The translations under genes and the position numbers were made by a program. Positions 7,996 through 15,862 of a stretch of DNA of 32,000 nucleotides are shown piece by piece (positions within the stretch are counted from its first letter, which is position 1; every line of letters starts with the position of its first letter). Source of the stretch: an uncultured bacterium. GTDB lineage: Bacteria; Babelota; Babeliae; Babelales; Babelaceae. The stretch is taken from NCBI GenBank assembly GCA_963713855.1, contig OY970209.1, positions 370,154 to 402,153 on the forward strand. Direction: 5' to 3'. Under the pieces are notes generated by a model. It saw nothing but the letters and a program-made list of their open reading frames with translations. It did not search any database and was not told where the DNA came from.

Positions 7996-8766
7996 GTGAA
8001 ATATCTTATTCTTTTGGCATACGATGGAACCCGCTATCAAGGTTGGCAGGAACAACCTCATCAAAGCACTGTTGTAGATACGCTTAAAAACACCTTTTTA
8101 GAAACTTTTGGGACCCCGGCTTTCTTATATGGAGCATCTAGAACCGATAGTGGTGTGCACGCTTTGGGACAAGTGGCAGAGGTCACGTCTTCCTTCGAGA
8201 TCGACCCGGAAACTTTAAAGCGGGCATGGAATGGTCGGTTGCCCCAAGACATCCACATCCGTAAAGCAGTTATCACACCCAATGAGTTTAACCCCCGATC
8301 TTGTGTGCGAGAAAAAACGTATTACTATCACTTTTTTACCCAAAGAGCATTACCCCATTGGGCGCGTTACGGAACGGTATACTGGCAAGCTTTAGACTTT
8401 GACAAACTTAAAGAAGCGCTTACGCTTTTTGAGGGGACGCACGATTTTAGGTCTTTTTGCACGGGCGATGAACAGGAAAACACTATTAGAACGATCAACG
8501 CTATAAAATTAATTTACTTAAAAAACTTCAAAACCTATAGAATCGTATTCCAGGGACCAGGTTTTCTTAGATACATGATTAGGCGCATTGTCGGGGCATG
8601 CATGGCCTCAGCTATGCGACAAGAGATCTCTCTAGAACTTCTTTCAAAAACACTTGTCTCTTGCGATCCCCATCACACCTTGCCTACAGCACCTGCTCAC
8701 GGTTTGGTACTTCGGAAAATAGAATATATACAATCACCTTGGAAAGAAAATGACACGCACATTTAA
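7996..8766 (+). CDS. truA: tRNA pseudouridine(38-40) synthase
   Basis: LAYDGTRYQGWQ and GASRTDSGVHALGQV (catalytic Asp motif). GTG start. Confidence 0.93.
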   Translation: MKYLILLAYDGTRYQGWQEQPHQSTVVDTLKNTFLETFGTPAFLYGASRTDSGVHALGQVAEVTSSFEIDPETLKRAWNGRLPQDIHIRKAVITPNEFNPRSCVREKTYYYHFFTQRALPHWARYGTVYWQALDFDKLKEALTLFEGTHDFRSFCTGDEQENTIRTINAIKLIYLKNFKTYRIVFQGPGFLRYMIRRIVGACMASAMRQEISLELLSKTLVSCDPHHTLPTAPAHGLVLRKIEYIQSPWKENDTHI

Positions 8767-9304
8767 AAAAAGTCTCCTTATTGGTTCACTATTAATCGCC
8801 AGTTTTGGCGGGCTTACTTATTGGTACTATGACACATATACCGCGTGCCAAGGTATTCAGCTCTATCGCCCATCGCGAGATCGCCAACCGATCATAGATC
8901 TATTTAAAGACAATTGGTATTGGCTTATTCCAGATTCGCTTACTACTTTTTCGATAGAATCTTATCTAGATACAAACACAAAGCTTCAAGGCACTAGTAA
9001 GGAAGATAACAAAATACTTGTTTACTGCGTTGACAATAAAACAATTGGTATGGTGGCCTTTTATGAAGATTCTTTCTACAAAGGACAACTCCGTTTCATT
9101 GTGCTTGACAAAGCATATCGTGGTCAAGGCTATGCCGAAAAGCTCATGAACTATGCTCTTGATGATATGAAAAAACGAGGATTATCCAAAGTAAAGCTTA
9201 TTACTCGCACAAACAATGAGCCCGCCCGCAAATTCTACTTAAAGCTAGGGCTCAAAGAGTTACAACCAAAAGGCGGCTATGTTGAATTTGAAAAAGATTT
9301 ATAA
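8750..9304 (+). CDS. GNAT-family N-acetyltransferase with an N-terminal membrane anchor
   Basis: Acetyl-CoA motif A VLDKAYRGQGYAEKLM and a C-terminal NEPARKFYLKLG. The N-terminus has a transmembrane segment, LLIGSLLIASFGGLTYWYY. It overlaps truA by 17 nt. Confidence 0.8.
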   Translation: MTRTFKKSLLIGSLLIASFGGLTYWYYDTYTACQGIQLYRPSRDRQPIIDLFKDNWYWLIPDSLTTFSIESYLDTNTKLQGTSKEDNKILVYCVDNKTIGMVAFYEDSFYKGQLRFIVLDKAYRGQGYAEKLMNYALDDMKKRGLSKVKLITRTNNEPARKFYLKLGLKELQPKGGYVEFEKDL

Positions 9305-9378
9305 TTAATTAGGTATCGACGGTAAAATACTCTTTTGATACAATTAAGTACAGTTTTTAAAAACACTAAGGTAACATT

Positions 9379-10185
9379 ATGAAATTAATTGTCATGAGCT
9401 TAAGCTTACTTTTTACGGTAACCGTTTATAAATCGCACGCCCAGGAAATTGACCCAAAAAAAATCATAGCTTACTGCGATGACGATGGTTGCGTACATCC
9501 ACAGGCAAATCGCCATTATTCAAACCCAAGAAAAGATAAAAACAATGGCCAAGAGCCTTATACTGCACCAATCAAGGAAAATCTTGCAAAAGCCAACCGA
9601 CTTTTTCAAGCAATGCGCGATTTTCAAGAAGTTGCAGATATCGTTAAAAACAGTCCAGCCGATCCTGAGCTAGATGCCCTACTTCAAGATGCTCCAATTG
9701 CCCCAACATTAGAGTACTTTGTATCTCTTTCTCAAACAGAAAGAGAGCTAGCCATTGACGAATTTATTAAACACGTTGAAGACGTAAAACAACACCTCGC
9801 GGCCCGTCAACAAGCAAGCGAGGCCGATATAGATGCCTTGATTAATGAGCAAAATTTCGCTCAACAATACGAGCAGTTATCTGAAAAACAAAAGTCGGAA
9901 CTTCGAGAAGGGCCTTCATGGGTAACCATTTGGTTTGAAGAAACGATAGCTTCCCTTTTTGAAATATTTCCGTCGCTTGAAGATTCTACCCTCGCTCTTG
10001 TTGAAAAGTATCCTTTCTTACTTGAATGGTATGCAAAATATTACGAATACATGTATCCTGAACCAGAAACAATAGATATTGCATACGAACCTGATATCAC
10101 TATTGAAGATGAAGAAGACATAGTGCACGTTAAATCCGATGAGACGCCATCAGAAGAAACGGCGAACAGCGATCATGAGCTCTAA
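9379..10185 (+). CDS. hypothetical secreted acidic protein ending in DHEL
   Basis: Signal peptide MKLIVMSLSLLFTVTVYKSHA|QE. The rest is Glu/Asp-rich and helical. No family recognised. Confidence 0.7.
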   Translation: MKLIVMSLSLLFTVTVYKSHAQEIDPKKIIAYCDDDGCVHPQANRHYSNPRKDKNNGQEPYTAPIKENLAKANRLFQAMRDFQEVADIVKNSPADPELDALLQDAPIAPTLEYFVSLSQTERELAIDEFIKHVEDVKQHLAARQQASEADIDALINEQNFAQQYEQLSEKQKSELREGPSWVTIWFEETIASLFEIFPSLEDSTLALVEKYPFLLEWYAKYYEYMYPEPETIDIAYEPDITIEDEEDIVHVKSDETPSEETANSDHEL

Positions 10186-10936
10186 ATCACATATCTTTGC
10201 CCTCTATTATGCTCAACTACCGAGCTCAAAAATAGAGGGCACATTTTTAATCGATGACATATCCTTAATACAACGCTTAAATCGTGTATTACGAGCAAGC
10301 GAAGATCAAGAATTAATTCTTTTTAATACTATCGCTAATGCACACATTGTTCTTAAAGCTTTTGATAAAAAGCACATAGAAGCACTCGTGCTTAAATGGG
10401 AGCTTAATAAACAGATTGCACCATTAGTCACTTGGTGGCTCCCACTCTTAGAAAAAAACGATTGGGAAGATGCTCTCTCTTTCTTAACCATTTTGGGCGC
10501 CACTACTATTCAGCCACTTATTACAAAAAAGACTCACCGACAAAAGCTTTTTGATGGTGAATCTGAACGATTACAGCGTGTTATAATAGCAGCGGCGGAA
10601 CAATCAAAGCAGTTTAGCTTACCAACGCTTGAAAAGGTTATAACGCTGGAAAACGCCCTAAAACTGCCAAAAAATGGGCCTTTAGTTTTTTTTGATGTGA
10701 ATGGGCAATCTGCTTACTGCGTAATGACTCAATTAGAAAACCTAAAACCAGCGCACATTACGTGCATGGTGGGCCCAGAGGGTGACTTGACAGATGAGGA
10801 GAAGGGGCTTATTAAAAGTTATGGTTTTCAATTTTGTGCGCTTACGACTTCGATTTTACGTTCAACACATGCCTCATTTCTTGGCATGGGGCTTATACGA
10901 TCTCTTATACGGAGCACAGCGTCTCATCAAGAATAG
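10175..10936 (+). CDS. rsmE: 16S rRNA (uracil1498-N3)-methyltransferase
   Basis: C-terminal MVGPEGDLTDEE...LTTSILRSTHA matches the RsmE GPEGG...ILR-x-ETA knot motif. Start chosen at the ATG at 10175 (MSSKSHIF); the ORF is open from 10139. It overlaps the upstream gene by 11 nt. Confidence 0.8.
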   Translation: MSSKSHIFALYYAQLPSSKIEGTFLIDDISLIQRLNRVLRASEDQELILFNTIANAHIVLKAFDKKHIEALVLKWELNKQIAPLVTWWLPLLEKNDWEDALSFLTILGATTIQPLITKKTHRQKLFDGESERLQRVIIAAAEQSKQFSLPTLEKVITLENALKLPKNGPLVFFDVNGQSAYCVMTQLENLKPAHITCMVGPEGDLTDEEKGLIKSYGFQFCALTTSILRSTHASFLGMGLIRSLIRSTASHQE

Positions 10937-11636
10937 GACACGAAGAAGTTGAAGAGGCTTTTAAGTAAAGCGGTAATACCTGGTCAACGCTTTGCCCAAT
11001 ATCCCACAATTTCCAAGCAACATCATTAATCGATGCAAGGGATGCTAAAAGTGGGAGAGGCTCCGGAATAACACTTTTTTGTAAAACACTGTTCTGTAAT
11101 AGTTTTTCATGCAATAAAACGCCATTACCCACCAGGGTGATAAGCTTTTGAGATGAATTTGATGGTAAAGCTACAAGTTGCTCAATCCGTGCACACACTG
11201 CAGTTGCCCGCTCGCAGCCGTGCGCAATCATGCCGTTTTTTACATCGTAAAGCGCAAAATAGAGATCATCACAAAAAGCATTAAGAAGGACTGCTATATA
11301 CGGTGTAGATACGTTGTGCCGCACACTTTCTACAAACGCATCGAGGCCATCAACGCCAACTATAGGCTTTTTAGTTGCATAGGCCAAACCGTTAACAGTT
11401 GCAAGTGTAACCCGCAGTGTCGTAAAGGGAGCGGGGCCCTTATGGACGACAAAAAATGAACAATCAGAAAGTGTTAATCTACATCGATCAAGCAGAGCAT
11501 CAACAGTAACTAAAAGCTCCTTACTTGCTTGATGTTTTGCAACAATTTGAGATTCGAGAAGTACACCATCTCGTGCTATTGCAATTTCTATTGCTTCATA
11601 ACCTGGATGGAAGAGAAGAGCGTAAAGGGGAGTCAA
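10905..11636 (-). CDS. tsaB: tRNA t6A biosynthesis protein TsaB (YeaZ)
   Basis: IEIAIARDG...VVHKGPAPFTTLRVTLATVNGLAYA is the TsaB/YeaZ core. TTG start with AAGGA 7 nt upstream. Its 3' end overlaps the rsmE 3' end by 32 nt (convergent). Confidence 0.8.
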   Translation of the reverse strand: MTPLYALLFHPGYEAIEIAIARDGVLLESQIVAKHQASKELLVTVDALLDRCRLTLSDCSFFVVHKGPAPFTTLRVTLATVNGLAYATKKPIVGVDGLDAFVESVRHNVSTPYIAVLLNAFCDDLYFALYDVKNGMIAHGCERATAVCARIEQLVALPSNSSQKLITLVGNGVLLHEKLLQNSVLQKSVIPEPLPLLASLASINDVAWKLWDIGQSVDQVLPLYLKASSTSSCPILDETLCSV

Positions 11637-11648
11637 AAAAATCCTTAA

Positions 11649-11831
11649 CTAATGATTGCGGTTTTTATATTTTTGCTGCTGATAAAAAAGGCTAAAAGCG
11701 TCGTATTCTATAGTTTTTTCCTTTTTGGCTACTATTTTACCACAATTTAAGCACTTCCATCCTTCAAAATTTAAAAAATGGTCAAAAAATGACTGAAGTA
11801 CCATTAAGCCCGAGCACTTTGAGCACCTCAT
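11649..11831 (-). CDS. small zinc-ribbon protein (60 aa)
   Basis: CSKCSG...CLNCG gives two CxxC pairs 22 residues apart. AGGGGA lies 7 nt upstream of the ATG. The gene is 12 nt upstream of tsaB on the same strand. Confidence 0.5.
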   Translation of the reverse strand: MRCSKCSGLMVLQSFFDHFLNFEGWKCLNCGKIVAKKEKTIEYDAFSLFYQQQKYKNRNH

Positions 11832-12038
11832 ACAATTTCCCCTTTCCTTAAAAGCGTCTGCGTTAGAGAGAAATCTAGAAGAGGGCTTTATACGTTGTCA
11901 ATAACTACCTAGATTAATCTATAAAGCAGAGCAAGAATGAAAGCTCTGGTTCTTACTATAGCTTACAACAATTTCTAAAAATAACCTTAAAAAGCCTTAA
12001 GGTACGCTGATGTCTGCACTCCTTCATTATCAAAAACC

Positions 12039-12461
12039 CTATGAGCAACCATCCAATCGATGATAACGTATGTACATCAAATAGGAATCTAGAATAAAAG
12101 CTGCGGCTACTGAATGACTTTTAAGTTTTTCTTGCGGAGTTCGAGCTGCAGAAAGTGATTCAGCTCGTTTACTACTCAATCGTTCATCCCATAAAGTAAA
12201 AGCCATGCTTGGAAAGCTCTTTTGTAATCCAGCAAATGCCGCCTCTATTTTAACCGTTTGCTGGCTAGACTTGCCACTCATAGTTTTAGGGTGCCCCACA
12301 ACGATTTCTTCTATAGATTCATCATTAAGTACATCCTTAATAAATTGATCTAATACGTCCCTAGAGATGGTTTTGTAGGGACGAGCAAGCACTTTTGAAG
12401 CATCAGATAACGCGGATCCTACCCACGCATCGCCAATATCCAGTGCCATAACCTTGCCCAT
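12039..12461 (-). CDS. ruvX: YqgF/RuvX putative pre-16S rRNA nuclease (Holliday junction resolvase-like)
   Basis: MALDIGDAWVG (catalytic Asp motif), VVGHPKTMSG, ERLSS and AAAFIL are typical of RuvX. GAAGGAG lies upstream. Confidence 0.85.
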   Translation of the reverse strand: MGKVMALDIGDAWVGSALSDASKVLARPYKTISRDVLDQFIKDVLNDESIEEIVVGHPKTMSGKSSQQTVKIEAAFAGLQKSFPSMAFTLWDERLSSKRAESLSAARTPQEKLKSHSVAAAFILDSYLMYIRYHRLDGCS

Positions 12462-12562
12462 GATCTCCTTCTCTTTGCAAAAAGCAGTTTTAAAATCTAT
12501 ACTAAAGGCTATTCAATAAGCTATAGTATGCCTTAGTTTACAAAGAGTTTAAGGGAGATACA

Positions 12563-13915
12563 ATGTCCTCTGCAGATCTTAACGCGTGGGTGGAATACAT
12601 TGATAATGCAATTTGGGGCGGCTGGCCCCTTCTTGGCTTTATAATTTTTGCAGGCATAATCCTCACCTTGGGATTACGGTTCGTGCAATTTAGGTACTTC
12701 TTTTCCGCATGGAAATACATATTCCCTAAAGCGAGCGACGGCAAACAAACTGAAAACTATATCACACCGTTTCAAGCATTTCTCAACACGCTTAGCGCCA
12801 GTATAGGAAACGGCAGCGCCGCAGGCATGGCAACAGCGGTAAGCGGAGGCGGTCCCGGAGCTGGTATATGGATTTTCATTCTCGGATTTTTATACATGGT
12901 AATTCGATACGCCGAGGTTTTTGCAAGTATGGAATACCATGAAACGACTGCAACTGGCGCTGTTAGAGGCGGTCCCATGGTCTATCTTAAAAAATTACCC
13001 TTTGGTCACCTGTTAGCATATATTTATGCTTTGTTTTGCCTTGGCTTAAGCTTTATTACAGGCAACGCAATGCAATGTAATTCGATCACCTTGGGTCTTA
13101 CGAGGCTTACCGGACTATCTTCTATGATTATCGCGGTAGCGCTATTCGCGCTCCTTCTTTACATCATGTTTGGGGGTGCAATGCGTATTATTAAAGTTTC
13201 CGAGGCTATCGTGCCGGTTAAAGTGGGGCTTTTCTTTGTTGCAACTATCATACTCCTTTTATACCATTATGCTTCGTTGTGGCCAGCATTAAAACTTATG
13301 TTCACGTGCGCTTTCACACCTAAAGCTATAGTTGGCGGAGCACTTGGTTACAGTGTGCAACAAGCGGTTCGCTATGGTATGTCTCGATCACTTAATGCTA
13401 CTGAAGCTGGACTTGGTACTGCAGGTATTCTATTTGGAGCAACACGTGGCAAGCATCCTGTTGAAAATAGTATCATGTCTATGACATCAGCATTTATTAG
13501 TAGCAACCTTGTATGCTTTCTTATTATTTTAGCACTTGTAGCATCAGGTGTCTGGGACAGCGGACTTGTAAGCACACAGCTTACAATGGCAGCCTACGAA
13601 ACAGCTTTTGGCCGACTCGGCAGCATCGTGGTGAGCTTTTTAACCATAAGCTTTGGTTTAGGTGTGCTTGTCGCATATGCGTATATTGGCCGTGAATGCT
13701 GGCTCTATTTGACCAGAGGCCGCCTTGTTATGGTATATACCATGCTCTATTGTTTAATGGCATTATGGGGGTCTGTTGCTAAAGTTGATCTGGTTTGGAA
13801 TGCTACAGGTATTATTAACGCAGGGCTTGTGGTCATTAACCTCTGCGCTTTGATGTACCTCTTGCCTAAAATGCCAGGTGCTCTTAAAGCTTGGGAAATA
13901 AAACAAAAATCGTAA
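12563..13915 (+). CDS. alanine/glycine:cation symporter (AGCS) family transporter
   Basis: Polytopic 450-aa protein. FQAFLNTLSASIGNGSAAGMATAVSGGGPGAGIWIF matches the AGCS signature region (G-x-GNI-AG-VA...GGPGA) in divergent form. AAGGGAG RBS. Confidence 0.8.
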   Translation: MSSADLNAWVEYIDNAIWGGWPLLGFIIFAGIILTLGLRFVQFRYFFSAWKYIFPKASDGKQTENYITPFQAFLNTLSASIGNGSAAGMATAVSGGGPGAGIWIFILGFLYMVIRYAEVFASMEYHETTATGAVRGGPMVYLKKLPFGHLLAYIYALFCLGLSFITGNAMQCNSITLGLTRLTGLSSMIIAVALFALLLYIMFGGAMRIIKVSEAIVPVKVGLFFVATIILLLYHYASLWPALKLMFTCAFTPKAIVGGALGYSVQQAVRYGMSRSLNATEAGLGTAGILFGATRGKHPVENSIMSMTSAFISSNLVCFLIILALVASGVWDSGLVSTQLTMAAYETAFGRLGSIVVSFLTISFGLGVLVAYAYIGRECWLYLTRGRLVMVYTMLYCLMALWGSVAKVDLVWNATGIINAGLVVINLCALMYLLPKMPGALKAWEIKQKS

Positions 13916-13932
13916 AAGCGACATCAAAAAAG

Positions 13933-13971
13933 AATTGGGCGCTACGTTTAGCGCCCAATTTCACGTTTTTT
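13933..13971. terminator. bidirectional intrinsic terminator
   Basis: AATTGGGCGCTA-cgtt-TAGCGCCCAATT is a 12-bp stem. An A-run precedes it and a T-run (13966-13971) follows. It lies between the convergent AGCS and ankyrin genes. Confidence 0.75.
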
Positions 13972-14062
13972 AGGATCCTAACATTCTACACAAAAGCCAC
14001 CCTACAGCGATGCTAATGCAAGCTATATTAAGCCAAAGGTAGAACGTCAAGCTTTTCATATA

Positions 14063-15463
14063 TTAAAGCTCTTTTTTATTTCGATCTTTTCTTGAAGAAT
14101 CTCTTTTGCCTTTACCTTTGCCTTCTTCAGGTTTATTTTTTTCTGGTTTTCTTGCCTTTGCTTTTGTGCTCTCTGTTTTATCTTTTTTAGCTACATCGTC
14201 TTTTGCCGGCTCAGAAGATTCAACGTCCATGCTCTGCTCGGGGTTTTTCGGTTTTTCTGGCTCTACAGCTGGCTCGCTTTTAGCAGGCATTTCCGGTATG
14301 GTTGGCTCATCAGCAACCTTTGCCTCATCCGATTGGTGCTTTACCTCCTGCTGTGCATCCTGTTCGAGTACTATCTCAGGCTCTTCTAATGGCAATTCAA
14401 CCTTTGCTTCTTCTTTGGATTCCTCTAAAACTTGTTCAACTTTTTCAACTTGCTCAGTGTTTTCAGATTTAGAAGGCTCAGATTCTACCACAAGCTCTTG
14501 AATTTCTATCACCCTAGGCTCTTCTAATTTAGGTTCGAATTTTTCCTCCTGAACTTGCGCTTCAGAGCCCGAAATTTGAGCACCTTTTGTTAACGCCACT
14601 TTCAACTTTTCAACAACTTTCGTAAAGTCTTTAGCTTCTGCAAGCGTAAGCGCTCCTTCAAGCTCGGTCACCGCATCATGCATGTAATCGATTAACAATA
14701 ACGCAATACCCTCGTGCCCGTACTCAATGGACCACCAAAGAGCAGGATTTCCCTCTGCATCTTTAAGCTTTGGATTACTACCAGCTTTAAGAAGTAACTC
14801 AACAACTTCTTCGCTATTGCCTTCTTTGGATGCAATCATAAGCGGTGTCAGGCCATCATTTGCAACTGCGTCAACCGTAACCTTCTTAGAAAGAAGAAGT
14901 CGCACAGTGTCGGGATCACCATTTTCTGCTGCCAAAGATAGAGGAACGTGGCCGTAGTCATCAGCTTTTTCAAGCTCGAAATCCTTTTTTATAAGCTCAA
15001 CAGCCTTCTCGCTATTTTTATTAAGAAGGCTATCAGTTAAAGCACCTGGTTTAGCAATAGGATCCACATCTGAAACAAAAGCGCGCCGCAGTTTTAGCGC
15101 CTCCTTATCTCCTTTGCTTATCCCAAATGCGTTTTCAAAATGAGCACCTTCTACTTTTGCCTTGTTAAATTTAGCACCGGTAAGATCAGTCCAAGAAAAA
15201 TCAGATCCTCTAATATCCGCTTGACCAAATTTTACGCCCCTTAAATCTAGGTTAATAAGCTTTGCATTTCTCAAAATGGATTTACCAAAGTCCCCACGAA
15301 CAACCGATCCTTCATGAAAGACAGTGCGCTCTTGTTCGCTCAAATCTATACCACCTTTAGAAACCTGCGTATCGCCTGCAATCACTAAATCACCTGAACG
15401 AAACTCAGCATATGCCATAAGAGGCACAAGCGAGGATAGCGCTAGAAAAAATGTCGTCTTCAT
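14063..15463 (-). CDS. secreted pentapeptide-repeat + ankyrin-repeat protein with a long charged tail
   Basis: Signal peptide MKTTFFLALSSLVPLMAYA|EF. Ten in-phase pentads follow (LRNAK LINLD LRGVK FGQAD IRGSD FSWTD LTGAK FNKAK VEGAH FENAF). Three ANK repeats follow (G-x-VPLSLAAENGD, GLTPLMIASKEGN, GNPALWWSIEYGH). The last ~180 aa are a low-complexity Glu/Pro/Lys tail ending in KKEL. Confidence 0.85.
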   Translation of the reverse strand: MKTTFFLALSSLVPLMAYAEFRSGDLVIAGDTQVSKGGIDLSEQERTVFHEGSVVRGDFGKSILRNAKLINLDLRGVKFGQADIRGSDFSWTDLTGAKFNKAKVEGAHFENAFGISKGDKEALKLRRAFVSDVDPIAKPGALTDSLLNKNSEKAVELIKKDFELEKADDYGHVPLSLAAENGDPDTVRLLLSKKVTVDAVANDGLTPLMIASKEGNSEEVVELLLKAGSNPKLKDAEGNPALWWSIEYGHEGIALLLIDYMHDAVTELEGALTLAEAKDFTKVVEKLKVALTKGAQISGSEAQVQEEKFEPKLEEPRVIEIQELVVESEPSKSENTEQVEKVEQVLEESKEEAKVELPLEEPEIVLEQDAQQEVKHQSDEAKVADEPTIPEMPAKSEPAVEPEKPKNPEQSMDVESSEPAKDDVAKKDKTESTKAKARKPEKNKPEEGKGKGKRDSSRKDRNKKEL

Positions 15464-15862
15464 AACTACGACCCTTCTTGTAAAAAAGTTAAGATATAAA
15501 CTGTTTTTAATAACAGCAGTACCATTATAGGAAAAAGAAAAAGGATCTTCAAATTAAAGTTAAGCTTCCAGCTTCAACTAAATAAGGCTGAATATCTTGC
15601 TTCTTTCTTAATAAAACCTTACCTCAACAATTTTTGCACATTACGCTCAATGCGAATTTTTTCCCATTTTATATGCTTACATAGACCGTCAATGTCAAGC
15701 TCTTTGTATGCAAGAAGTATCTTGAGAATAAGGCCACGTATCTGCCTTCGGACCCTTCGAAAGAAGACTGTTTAGTATAAGATTTTATATAAATAACAGT
15801 ACTCCCTTATGCAACAATTGCTATAAATCAGCAGCCAACTAGCCAGACTTTTACAAGCACAT

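Noticed and set aside
14063-14077. The KKEL terminus on its own as a bona fide KDEL signal.
   Set aside because: KKEL does not satisfy the strict [KRHQSA]-[DENQ]-E-L pattern, and it sits in a Lys-rich low-complexity tail where K-K is expected anyway. I kept it only as part of the three-protein -EL pattern, not as a stand-alone call.
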